This document shows, piece after piece, positions 1-12,215 of a stretch of 64,000 nt of DNA. The translations under genes and the position numbers were made by a program. The DNA is from Octopus sinensis (Eukaryota), in assembly GCF_006345805.1 (NCBI RefSeq), contig NW_021833749.1, positions 1 to 64,000 on the forward strand, read 5' to 3'. Positions within the stretch are counted from its first letter, which is position 1; each line of letters opens with the position of its first letter. The notes beneath the pieces were generated by a model, which was not told the origin of the DNA, ran no database searches, and saw only the letters and a list, made by a program, of their open reading frames with translations.

Positions 1-21
1 TTTGTTTGCTGGGCTTTGGGA

Positions 22-407
22 ACACACACGCGCGCACACACACACACATACGCACACATACGTACGCACACACACACACACACATGCACGCATGCACACA
101 CGCAGGCACGCACGCACGCACACACTTGCACGCACATATACACACACCTACGCACATATACACACACCTACGCACACGCATGTACACCCACACACGCACG
201 CACACATACGCATGCACACATACGCACATGCACACACGCACGCACGCACGCACACACACACACACACACACACACGTACACATACGAATGTACACTCGCA
301 GACGCACGCACACATACGCACATGCACACAACACGCACGCACGCACGCACACACATATGCACGTACTCACACACACACACATACACACACACGCACTCAC
401 CAAACAG
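22..407. repeat. Degenerate (CA)n/(CACG)n microsatellite
   Basis: Direct inspection; source of the H/T/R-rich and C/V-rich ORFs at 2-461. Confidence 0.95.
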
Positions 408-776
408 TTTCTAATGCCTGAAGGATTTTTTATGGGGAAAGTATCTCTTGACGTATTCTAACAAGCGAGCAGAACTTGACACCGTCGGGGTCAGTGAAGG
501 TAACCACCCGTCTGAAAACCTGGATTAAACTGGTATCCCCTGCCTTATCTATTCCAGTTTAAACTGATAACCTTTGACCAGAAAATGAAAAAGCAATGGC
601 GATGGGGAGAAGGATCTTGTGTAAAGTTTATAAAAGTGGATAAAGGAATGCATAAATTAATGTTCGGGGCATCGGAATTCTTTAAGGCTGTGTGTTACGC
701 TGCAGAGGGAAATTTTTCCGGGCCTTCAGGGAAAATTTACTTTTATAGTCAAAAATTGTGCTAAATATACTTAAAT

Positions 777-1155
777 GCAGGCTTAGCTGTGTGGTAAGAA
801 GTTTGGTTCCCAACCACTTGGTTCCGGGTTCGGTTCCACTGTGTGGCACCTTGGGCAAATGTCTCCTACTACAGCCTCGGACCTGCCAAAGACTTGTGAG
901 CGAATTTGGTGGGAAGAAGCCTGTTGCATACGTATATGTGTGTGTGTGTCTTTGTGTTTCCCGCCCCCCAACCAGTACTGCTTGGCAACCGGTGTTGGCA
1001 TGTTTGCGTCCCCGTAACCTAGCGGTTCGGAGTAGAGACCGATAGAATAGGTGCTAGGCTTTAAAAAATTGTTACAGGGGTCGATTCATTTCATTAAAGT
1101 TTCAAGTTGGTGCCCCAGAATGGCCGCAGTCTAATGACTGAAACGAGTAAAAGAT
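777..1155 (+). mobile_element. tRNA-derived SINE family A, full copy
   Basis: A-box-like GCTGTGTGGTAAG, B-box-like GGTTCGGTTCC, GGCACCTTGGGCAA segment, internal (TG)n, 3' half ending TGACTGAAAC..GTAAAAGA; more than 10 related copies in the window. Confidence 0.85.
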
Positions 1156-1300
1156 TTGAAAAAAATTGTGTTTGACTGAAACTGTTTTCAGTTAAAAGAA
1201 TTAATATTTTACCTTTCTTTTTACGTGTTTCATTCATTCGACTATGGCCATGCTGGAGCACCACCTTGAAGACTTTAGTCGAACAAACCGACCCGAATAC

Positions 1301-1353
<53 letters not shown>

Positions 1354-1357
1354 GTTA

Positions 1358-1433
1358 TTCAGGTCACTGCCTGGAATCGAACTCGGAGTGTTGGGGTAGT
1401 AGCCCGCGCTCTTAACTACTACGCCATATGCCC
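1358..1433 (-). mobile_element. Very short tRNA-derived SINE family C with (TAA)n tail
   Basis: Minus strand GGGCATATGGCGTAGTAGTTAAGAGCGCGGGCTACTACCCCAACACTCCGAGTTCGATTCCAGGCAGTGACCTGAA then (TAA)n; A and B boxes present. Confidence 0.75.
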
Positions 1434-1435
1434 GT

Positions 1436-1483
1436 GGGCTACAAACCCAAAGATTCCGAGTTCGATTCCAGCAGTGACCTGAA
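1436..1483 (+). mobile_element. SINE family C, 5'-truncated copy inverted relative to 1358-1433
   Basis: GGGCTAC...CCGAGTTCGATTCCAGCAGTGACCTGAA followed by (TAA)n 1484-1556. Confidence 0.75.
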
Positions 1484-1485
1484 TA

Positions 1486-1557
<72 letters not shown>

Positions 1558-1558
<1 letters not shown>

Positions 1559-4084
1559 GAACTGGACCCCTTAGAAGAGCAAAAGTGGGAGGGTGTCAAG
1601 GTAGAAGATATAAGATCTGCTCTCAGGAGGTCAAGCAAATGGAAGTCTCCAGGAAGGATAAAATTCCTAACTTCTGGCTGAATGCTTCCCAGAGAGCCAT
1701 GAACTGCTAACAGAACTGTACATGATGTTTTTGCAACAACCCTAGTAGGATGCCTCCTGGCTAGTTAATGGGTTAACATTCCTGCTTCCAAAAGTGAAGA
1801 GAACAAATGAACCAAAAAATATAGACCCATAACCTGCTTAACAACTATGTACAAAACACTAAAACACTAAGCATCTGTCCTGACAGAATATACCTATAGT
1901 TTTTTACAGACAGCAGCATATTCCCTAATGAACAGAAAGGATGTAAACGTGGATCCTACGGCTGTAAAGACCAACTACTCATCAATAAGATGATCTTAGA
2001 AGATTGTCACAAACGACACAAAAACTTATCAATAGCCTGGATAGACTATAAAAGGCTTTTGATAGCCTACCACATAGCTGGATTATGAAATGCCTGGAAA
2101 TGTATAGATAGCACCTACTCTGCGAAACTTCTTGACTGTAAGTATGAGATCATGGAGAACACACTAACTCTGAACAGTGACAATGAATCCCTAAATGCTG
2201 GTGATGTAAAAATTGCGTGTGGCATTTTCCAGGGTGACTCACTGTCACCACTCCGCTTTTGTTTATCCTTAATACCTCTCTCAAAGCTGCTCAATGACGC
2301 GCAGTACGGGTATAAAATGTTTGATAAAAATATAATCATCTCATTTACATGGATGATTTAAAGCTTTTTGCAAAAAATGACCAACAACTCAAGGGCTTAC
2401 TAGCATAGTCAAACAATTCAGTGACGACATCAGAATGCAATTCGGCCTCGATAAATGTGCAAAGGCTACCTTTATCAAAGGAAAAATGACAAAACATCTA
2501 ACGTTAACCTTGACCAGCAGATGTCATAAAAGAACTAGACCCAGCGGAGAGCTACAAGTACCTAGGGGTAATTGAAGGGAACGGAATAAGGCATTCAGAG
2601 ATGAAGGAAAGATCAGGAGAGAATGCTATCGAAGAGTGAGAGCAATACTCAAGACAGAGCTGAATGCAAGAAACAGGATCGAAGCGATCAATGCATTAGC
2701 CATACCAGTCGTGACTTACAGTTTCAATATTGTTAACTGATCAATTACTGAAATATGTCAGCTCGACAGAAAAATAAGGAAACTGTTAACAATGCATAGA
2801 ATGCACCACCCTAAGGCAGATACAGAACGACTCTATCTGCCAAGAAAAGAGGGAGGCCGTGGTCTTTTGCAACTGGCAATAACATTGAAGATTGCTACAA
2901 TTGGCCAAGACACCTACCTGAAAAACTCTGAGGACTGGATGTTAAAACTTGTCTCAAAACATGAAAACAAGAAAGCATCATACTCTGTCACAAAACAGGC
3001 AAAGGAATATCTAAGTGAATTCCGAATACAACCAATTTCGGAATTAGAGATAGACATACAGAAACAAACACAGAAAAGCTAGGCGCATGAAACCCGTGCC
3101 AAAACTGCGGCCTTAGATATCTGAATAATAAATGGCAAGAAAAACCTCTCTATGGCAAATATCCAAAGAGAGCGAATAATGCAGATATCGACAAAGCCCT
3201 GACCCATCAATGGCTAATGGCCTCTGGCTTAAAATCTGAAACAGAGGGGTTTATCATAGCAGCTCAAGATCAATGCCTACCAACAAGAAACTACCAGGCC
3301 AACATATTAAAGAACGGCAGTAGCCCAACATGTCATGTATGCCGACAACAAAATGAAACCATTGACCATGTTGTCTCCAAATGCAGTCTTCTAGCGCCTA
3401 CAGAGTACCTCAGTAGGCATGATAGATCAGCACAATATATTCACTGGGTAATTTGCAAAAACTGGTGGGAACACAATCCACCTCCTGTGCTTGAAAATGA
3501 CCACATCTCACTCCTCTGGAACTTCACCATTCAAACTGACAGGAAGATAGATGCAAATAGGCCAGACATCATATTGAAAGACTTCAGACAAAGAACATGC
3601 CTCCTCATTGATATGACTGTCCCAATCGATATAAACGTATCTGTCAAGACCTACCAAAAACTGAGCAAATATAAAGATCTTGAAATAGAAATCAGAAAAA
3701 TGTGGAAGCTGAAGACTAAAACAATACCTGTTGTCATAGGTGCCCTGGGAATGATAGCGAAAGGCACTGATTGCTACCTAACTCAGATACCAGGAAACCC
3801 CAAAATGGCAGAAATTCAAAAGATAGTGCTCATGGGAACTGCTCATATCCTACGCAAAATACTCTCTATGTAATCCCAAGGTTTAAAACAACTCTTTTTT
3901 TTTTTTTTTAATTTAAAAAATTTTTTTTTGTTTATTTTTTATTTTTATGTATTAGACATTCACTAGTACAACACCAAAAAAAAACCCAAATATATGGCAC
4001 AGAACTTCTAACCTGTTGTCTCTTGAGGTCTCTGGGTGAGACTTGGAGCCAACTTGTACAGACATAAAGCAAAAGTCAAACATA

Positions 4085-4085
<1 letters not shown>
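1558..4085 (+). mobile_element. R4/Dong-clade non-LTR retrotransposon (family 1), 5'-truncated, frameshifted
   Basis: RT motifs KWKSPG..KIPNFW, GIFQGDSLSP, YMDDLK; C-terminal CxxC..HxxxxC knuckle, RHD and RPDI..D...K..KY restriction-like endonuclease (ORF 3217-3873); flanked both sides by (TAA)n. Confidence 0.93.
3217..3873 (+). pseudogene. Zinc knuckle plus PD-(D/E)xK REL endonuclease of the R4/Dong element
   Basis: CHVCRQQNETIDHVVSKC, RHD, NRPDIILKD, LIDMTVP, KLSKYKDL in the ORF track. Confidence 0.9.
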
Positions 4086-4116
<31 letters not shown>

Positions 4117-4118
<2 letters not shown>

Positions 4119-4643
4119 CATGGCTTCTGATCTTAACTGATTGGAAGTGTTATCATGTACATTGTTTTGTCTTGATATAAAAGATGGGCTACAGCAAATA
4201 TTCTGCTCAATACCACAGATTTGCTTGTCAGTTGTTTGACCGTAACTAGTTGAGCATGTCCCTTAGTGGCTGACGATATGTGCATCTCTGATCACGAGTA
4301 GAAGTAATGGGGGAGCATCGTAGCCATGTGTTGAGAGGGATTCTTTGGGGTTTGAATAATTCACCTCTGGAAACATGGGTGTTTCATTCAACATCCTTAA
4401 ACAACTCTTAATCAGAGACCTTTTGAGCGGGATGGGTTACCCGACCAGAAGAAAATTCTAACTGGGCCCCACCTGCAAGGTCATGCGCTGCTTATCTTGT
4501 TATGAGATGACCATGTCACGCACATATGGTTGTGATGCATGTGCCTGGTATACCCTTATCAGACGGGTAGTCATGATGGGTATACTGGGCTTCGTATATT
4601 TTACCCCAGTGTCACTTTGATGGCATGCACTGCTCTCTCACTC
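4117..4643 (+). mobile_element. Non-coding repeat family D with (TAA)n tail, copy 1
   Basis: Aligns end to end with 32071-32952; starts and ends in TAA arrays; no protein similarity recognised. Confidence 0.75.
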
Positions 4644-4779
<136 letters not shown>

Positions 4780-4806
4780 ATGATAATGATAATAATAATA
4801 ATAATA

Positions 4807-4955
4807 TCAAAAATACCTTAGGAATGAGAACCCAGGTTCGAAATTTCCACATGACACCCGATGAAGGCTGGAGGGTATATCAAGCGAAACGTTGTGTTAA
4901 CAACAAACAAGATGAGGACAAATATCCGTCAAATGTAAATAATGTAAATAATGTA
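4807..4955 (+). mobile_element. Short Penelope-like/retrozyme-like repeat carrying a hammerhead motif, copy 1
   Basis: Homologous to 17445-17594 (minus); ends in AATGTAAAT repeats; abuts a TAA array. Confidence 0.7.
4853..4898 (+). ncRNA. Type I minimal hammerhead ribozyme motif (slightly decayed)
   Basis: GACAC-CCGATGA-A-GGCTG..CAAGC-GAAA-CG-TT-GTGTT; stem I GACAC/GTGTT, palindromic ACGT stem III. Confidence 0.6.
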
Positions 4956-6904
4956 CTTATAGATTTGGCAGGCTCAACATTTATTTAGCAGGTGGCTACA
5001 TGAAATATTGCTCAGCATTAATCGAGTCCCATCACTAAAACAATGTTTTAATAACGATCTTTTCCAGCACAGATTCCACCATATATTACATTAAATAAAT
5101 CTTATAAATTTGATGGAGATACAGTCAAACATAATGAGAGAAAGAAATGAATTTGTTGAAATTAAGAAATCATGTTATGAAATTTTAATAGCAATTTACG
5201 CCTAATATATAATCAGGGCAATACATGAGTCATTAAAAAAATGATGAAAATGGGTTTCATAAAGTTCCAGCTCTATAGTTTATACATGTAACGGAAGGTG
5301 TGTTTTGGTTTAGTTGAGAGATAGAAGAACCAATATCTGTGTCAAGTTCCAAATACAAAATAATTATTGCTAATATAAAAATGTTGTTGTGACGAACGAC
5401 AGAACAAGAATATTTATACCAAGTGAGACGTGTGTCAGTAATGATAATAGCTGTCGTTGAGTAGAATGAACCTGTTGAATTCCGTAACCAAGGTTGAATT
5501 AAGTAGCGTAAATTCCTGCAGTCAGTGGTCTTGGCTGCGTCTCAACCACTGACCTGTTACCAGATAAACCATCTATATATAGCTGATGGGCTGTCAAAGA
5601 AAAGGCGCTAAAGATGAAATTGTTAATGAAATTTCAATATATTGTTTGTCCAAAATGTATCTTTACCACATTGGGATTCTAATAAGTGAAATATCTGTGG
5701 GTCATGTTGTTTATTTTCGTTAGCCAAACTACCGATAAAAAACAAGTTCTTCATTTTTTTATAGAATCTTGGTAACGTCATTAATCCTTGACAGCATCAC
5801 GTTTATTATTTACCTCTTTTTTTTTACGCCTGAACACAGTGATTTAGGGTTGATTTCTAGAGAGTGAGTTGGTATTTGGCGCTCTACCAATATTCCTGTT
5901 ACACATTTGTTTTTTTTGTAGATTTATATTTGATTTATGGAGTCTCGCTCAACTTAAAGCTAACTTCTTAAAAAGATACCCTTTCACTAAAGTTTTTCTT
6001 CACTTCAGATGCTTATATTTCCTTCCGAGAGCCTTAAAAATCTATGAAAATAGGAAAAAGGTCGTTCACGTGCGTTTATCATCAGACTGTAACAGTAGCA
6101 TTAACGCTAGATTTTGACGTTGTGACATTGTCGTTTAACTGGTAGTTGACCCTAATACATGGCAATATATTGGCTTTAAAACTCTAGTATTAACATTTGA
6201 CCGAAAATTCCTTCTGATATTTAATCTCCCGTTTTATATTTCTTATCTGTAATCACTAACCAAGCGCTAATATCGCCTAAATAAAATACTTAACTAATGT
6301 TTTTTTATTAAATTTATATTAAAATTTTTTCTCCATTAATTGCACTTAGCTTTCACTCGGGGATTACATTAATATTTGTTCCTAATAATATTCATTAGAA
6401 TGTGGTCTTCCCTCTACACAAAAGTTGGATTTATATTTGTTTATACTTCTATTTAATTTTTATTTTCACCCAGTGAATTCCAGATGCGGTTTCAGATATT
6501 TTATTTTATTAATATATGGAGCCAACCACAAACCAATGTACCAAAGAACGATTATATTTCCTTCATGGATTATAGTCTAATCTGTTAGACTAAAATTACT
6601 AATTTAGTCGGTAGTATAGATAAGCTCTTACTATATTTCATACACAGGAACCTGTTATAACAGCTATTATTCATATGAATACACATACAAATAATAGCTT
6701 TCCCGATGACAGTTTTAGGGAGGGGAATAAGATGATGTGGCGTTCATACGTTTCCATTAACGATGTTAGAAATGAAGTAACTTCAACGGAGAAGCTAAAC
6801 GGGCCATATATTTGGCTCAATGGAATATTACTCTTTATTACAGGGTCTTTAATGTACATACTGTTAAAGTGTGTATTTTTCTCATACATAACTTCACACA
6901 CACA

Positions 6905-6942
<38 letters not shown>

Positions 6943-7430
6943 ACACACTTACATATATTGGAGGTGTAAGTGTTTTCAAACATTGACTTTGAAGAAATGA
7001 AGAAATTTTTGTAAAGAGTAAATAACTCATGTAAATTGAATTTCTTTCTAGCGACTCGAGTTTCATGCCAAAGCTATCATCGGCAAATAAATATGTTTCA
7101 TATCTCTGAGAAGTCATCAAACATCTCGTGCACCTGATCAACTCTCACAAGGGACTAATGGATATAAATATTTGTCGTTTTCTATTATATATATGTACAT
7201 ATATCCGTGTATATCTATATATAATAATGTAATAAATATACATATACACTAATATTTTCTCTGTTGCTATACAATAGAATTCTTTCTTCAATTTGTGGTT
7301 TTTCCTTGTACTTAGGATCAAATAAAATCTCTATTTCTCCCACAGTTGTTATGTATTTAACATATATGATGTAAATATGCACATGTATGTGTGTGTGTGT
7401 GTGTGCGCGCACCCCACCGCCTGCGCGTGA

Positions 7431-7845
7431 ATGGGTATGTGTGCGGAAGTTGATATTACTCGATAATAGTCGTGTAACACTGAGACTGATCTTCTGAAAC
7501 ACATCAGTGACACGATTAAAAATGAAAGAAAATTACTTAATTTTAAGCAACGTTTCCCATTTTCCATCTGGTTTAATAATAAACTATAATATTTACTAGT
7601 AATCCAAGTAATTACGAGAGAGTTTTTTTAATTCCCCAAAACAGAAGGCAATGGAGTGGCGCACTCGTTACTGAGTGAGACAAACAAAATATCTTGTGCT
7701 ACTATTTATCTAGGGCTTTTAAAGTTCTACGTTCAAATCTTGCCATGGTCAACTTTCGATTTCAACATTCCGAGCTCGAGAAAATAGTGTACCCGTTAAA
7801 TACTGGGATAGATTTAATCGACTATGTTCTTCCCACCATATTGGA
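7431..7845 (+). repeat. Left arm of a ~410 bp inverted duplication (partner 9971-10392)
   Basis: Reverse complement matches 9971-10392 along its length, near-identical over the ~7560-7845 part. Confidence 0.9.
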
Positions 7846-8049
7846 AACACACACATACATAATATGCCATATGTTCTGTTAGTTATTTACCTTGATTATG
7901 TAGTTATCCGAGTTACATTTTTAGCTCTTATTTCTAGCAACCGCTGGAGCTATTTTGCACCCTCATTTATATATTTTTACTTTTTGGGTTTTAATTGCTA
8001 TAGCTACCTGTATTATAATGTATTTAATACATATAATGTAGTATAATTT

Positions 8050-8195
8050 AATATATTTCCAATTCCGTCGAGATCGACTTTGCCTTTCATCCTTTCGGAG
8101 TAGATAAATTAAGTACCAGTTGCGTTCTGGGCTCGATTTAATCGACTGGCCCTCTCCCCAAAAAAATCGGGCCTTGTACCTAGAGTAGAAAAGAT
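8050..8195 (+). mobile_element. SINE family B, partial
   Basis: AATTCCGTCGAGATCGACTTTGCCTTTCATCCTTTCGG..AAGTACCAG core. Confidence 0.8.
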
Positions 8196-8297
8196 TATGA
8201 TTTAATATATATAACGTGTTATAATGTATTTTAATGCATAATAATGCATCATAATGTATTATAATGTATTTAATATATATTAATTTACAATAATAAT

Positions 8298-8355
<58 letters not shown>

Positions 8356-8357
<2 letters not shown>

Positions 8358-8560
8358 CTTTTACTTTTACTTGTTTCAGCCATTTGACTGCGGCCATGCT
8401 GGAGCAACGCTCTTAGTCGAACAAATCGGCCTCAGGACTTATTCTTTGTAAGCCCAGTACTTATTCTATTGTTGTCTTTTGCCGAACCGCTAAGTGACGG
8501 GGACGTGAACACACCAGCATTGATTATCAAGCGACGGTGGGGAGACCAACACAGACACAC
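8356..8560 (-). mobile_element. SINE family A, 3' half
   Basis: Reverse complement of the family A tail (TTTCAGCCATTTGACTGCGGCCATGCTGGAGC). Confidence 0.8.
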
Positions 8561-9219
8561 AACACACACACACACAACACACACACACACACACACCACA
8601 CACACACATACACACTCTCTCTCTCTCTCTCTCTACTCAATACTGTTTTCTCCCCATCCCTTTCTCTAATTCCTCTTTTCTCCCCTTTACCGTTTTCTAT
8701 GTCTCTCTCTTCCCTCTTTCTATATTTCTCTCTCTCGTTGTTCACACGTGAGCATGATCCATCTTTCTTTTTCTCACGTGATCATCTTTCTTTTTCTTCA
8801 GGATGTCCTAAGGACTGGTCGTATTCTAATTCTGTCTTCTATCTTTTCTCTTTTCAAAGAAAATATTTCTCCCAGGGTTCACTATTTTACCCTCGTTCTG
8901 GTCTAACGACTCTCCATGTTTGTTTTTGTTCGGTTTCCTTGTATGTCTCCACTGTTCTATTTTTGTTGCCAACATTAACCCTCCATAAATCCCAAATTTT
9001 ATTTTGGTACTTATGGGAGCAACTGTCTTCGAAGACTCATATTGCCGTTCAGTGCTCGAAATGAGGAGTGGATAGGCAGCCAACAACTGATGAATGGTTG
9101 TTCTTTTTGTTACTTGTCCTGTTTTCCATTTGTTTCTCTCGTTGTTTGCATATTTCGTGTTGTTTACTGTTAGTGACGTCTTGACATATATGTATATGTA
9201 TATATATATTATATATATA

Positions 9220-9297
<78 letters not shown>

Positions 9298-9644
9298 ATA
9301 TATATATATATATGCATATATATTACACATATATTATTTATGCATCGTCGCATAACAGCAACGATACACAGTATCGTTGCTATTATGCAAAAGTGTCGAA
9401 AGTCCAAAACGTTGCTTTTTCAGAAAACGAGAAAATAGTCCCACCATTCCATAGCAAAAATGTTGTGCTACACTTTGACAAGTTTTAATATTTTGGCATC
9501 TGAAGCAGCTGAAGATACAATAGATTAACCAAAAGAACCAGCTATTGCAAGCAAAAATGAATATGAAAAAAACGCATCTGGCCAAAATTGGACATACGAC
9601 AATTTAACATAATAGCAACGATATGTATATATATATATATATAT

Positions 9645-9723
<79 letters not shown>

Positions 9724-9970
9724 GTGTCTCTGTTTTTGTGTTTATACATCCTCACTACTTCATAACCGGTGTTGGTTTATCTAATACCCAATAACTTAGC
9801 AGTATCGGTATAAGAAACCGACAGATTATGTGTCAACCTTGTAAATAAGTATTAAGTTTGATCAATTTGACTAAAATCCATGAAGGTGCTTCCCTGGAAT
9901 GGCTGTAATAGAACGATTGCAAAAAAGTAAAATATGAAAGATATATGTTTTTTTAGATAGTCACAGGATC

Positions 9971-10392
9971 TCCAATATGGTGGGAAGAACATGGTCGATT
10001 AAATCTATCCCAGTATTTAACGGGTACACTATTTTCTCGACCTCGGAATGTTGAAATCGAAAGTTGACCATGGCAAGATTTGAACGTAGAACTTTAAAAG
10101 CCCTAGATAAATAATAGCACAAGATATTTGGTTTGTCTCACTCAGTAACGAGTGCGCCACTCCACACTCCATTGCCTTCTGTTTTGGGCAATTAAAAAAA
10201 TTCTCGCGTAATTACTTGGATTACTAGTAAATATTATAGTTTATTATTAAACCAGATGGGAAATGAGAAACGTTGCTTAAAATTAAGTAATGTTCCTTCA
10301 TTCTTAATTGTATCACCGATGTCTGTCAAAAGAACAGTCTCAGTGTTACATGGCTATCATCGAGTAATCTCAACTTCCGCACACATGCCCAT
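9971..10392 (-). repeat. Right arm of the inverted duplication (partner 7431-7845)
   Basis: Direct reverse-complement comparison. Confidence 0.9.
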
Positions 10393-10799
10393 ATATGTAC
10401 ATACTTGCATACATATACATAAACATATGCATGTACTCGCACACACAAACACACAAATACATACACATATAAATATGAAAATGCATGATAAACACAAGTT
10501 GCAGTTTACGTCACTTGTTCCTACATACGTTTCGCCATTGTGATTAGCTTCATCCTCTACGGTGTGTGTTCCAAGCGCAGTTGGATGCTAAAGCACAAAA
10601 TCAACCATTCGACATCAACACACAGTTTTCTGAAAAATGTATATTTATGAAAGAAAATTTTATATCAGCAAAATAGCGGTCCTGGAATTGATCTTGATAC
10701 ACTTTGGCGTGAGACATGAAACGGAGATATTTCCAACCATTCTGAATAAGTTTGCACTGATTAATTCATTAATAGCTATATATATATATATAGAGATAG

Positions 10800-11110
10800 C
10801 TATTAAAGTCGACTTCGGCGGAATTTGAACTCAGAACCTAGCAACAGACGAAATACCGCTAAGCATTTCGTCCGGGCGATTCTGCCAGCTCGTTGCCTTA
10901 TATAAGTGCTTTTCTACTTAAGGCACAATGCCCGAAATGTTTGGGAAGGGAGCCAGTCTATTAGATTGACTCCAGTACGAAACTGGTACATAATTTATCA
11001 ACCTCAAAAGGATGAAAGGTAAAGTCGACCTCGGTGGAATTTGAACTCAGAACGTACAGACGAAATGCCGATAAGCATTTCGGCCGGCGTGCTAACGTTT
11101 CTGCAAGCTC
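10800..11110 (-). mobile_element. Two tandem SINE family B copies
   Basis: AAAGTCGAC(T/C)TCGG(C/T)GGAATTTGAACTCAGAAC occurs at ~10805 and ~11020, each followed by the head sequence. Confidence 0.75.
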
Positions 11111-11545
11111 ACAGCCACCTGCCTCATATATATAACATCAACAATGATAAGGAGAATGGAGATTTTTAACAGCCATGAATTTATTTAACAGTTATTTACA
11201 GCATATTCTCCGACGGCACACTGTTGGATATGCAATTTGTACCATAGTCGGTGCAGTTTCCTCAGGGTCCTTCACTCTAGACCGTTTAGAAGGAATAATG
11301 AAACAGAGTGAACGGAGTCTGTTTGTTTGTGTTGAGTGGGAGGTAGGAGTGTTACTATCAATAGTCGTAGAAATATTGACTCAGTATGCAATCCTGTATA
11401 AGACACACGGAATTACACGAGAGAAGTTACCAGGGCCTAACAGTTCATTGTAAGCTCGAGTACTGTGGTTAGCGGGCATTTAAAACCGATTTGAGAGAAA
11501 AGGCGGTATCCGTTAGGATAATATGTTCCTTTAAACTCATTTTTT

Positions 11546-11650
<105 letters not shown>

Positions 11651-12014
11651 GGAACCGTCACTAATGCGGGTGAGAAGCTGAAAAATGGGAAGACAGCAGT
11701 TGGACACTCGTACAATCCAGTGACTGACTTCAAAAGAAAATTCGCTTGAATATCTAAAAATAGATTGGGAAGTAAAGTTGACACACCGAATTGGTTTGCT
11801 ATAGAAACCAGAAATCTTGTAGCCAAGAATGGAAAGCTATATAATTGGCAAGGAAATTATTAGTACTGTATCACTTGATTAAAGATTGTACGCTAGCTTT
11901 ACTCAAGCTTAACATAAACGATTCCCCGAAGGCCATTAAACTCTACTACAATATGAGAGCTGTGGAACAAATATGATTTTATGAAATTATCAGAAGAGCC
12001 AATGTGGGAGGCGG

Positions 12015-12215
12015 GCAGGCAGAAACGTTAGCGCGCCGGACAAACTGCTGAGTGACACTTCTTGTTCTTTCTGTTCTGAGTTCAAAATTCTGCCAAGGTA
12101 GACTTTGACTCTCATCCGTTCGGGATCGATAAAATAAGTACCAGTTAAGCATTGAGGGTCGATGTAATCGATCTACAGTCCCGTATTTCAGGCATTGTGC
12201 CTTTGATAGGAAGAA
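12015..12215 (+). mobile_element. SINE family B, diverged
   Basis: GGCAGAAACGTTAGC head, GAGTTCAAA B box, central GACTTTGACTCTCATCC core. Confidence 0.75.

Noticed and set aside
2-461. Long His/Thr/Arg-rich and Cys/Val-rich ORFs here and at many CA/TG/TA arrays
   Set aside because: Translations of dinucleotide and tetranucleotide microsatellites that lack stops; no complex sequence.
5515-5560. Short hairpin GTCAGTGGT…ACCACTGAC as a possible pre-miRNA
   Set aside because: Only a 9-bp core stem; too short for a Drosha/Dicer precursor.
11175-11453. 92-aa plus-strand ORF and a possible minus-strand terminal exon (…KDPEETAPTMVQIAYPTVCRRRICCK)
   Set aside because: No homology recognised and splice signals weak; cannot be supported without RNA data.
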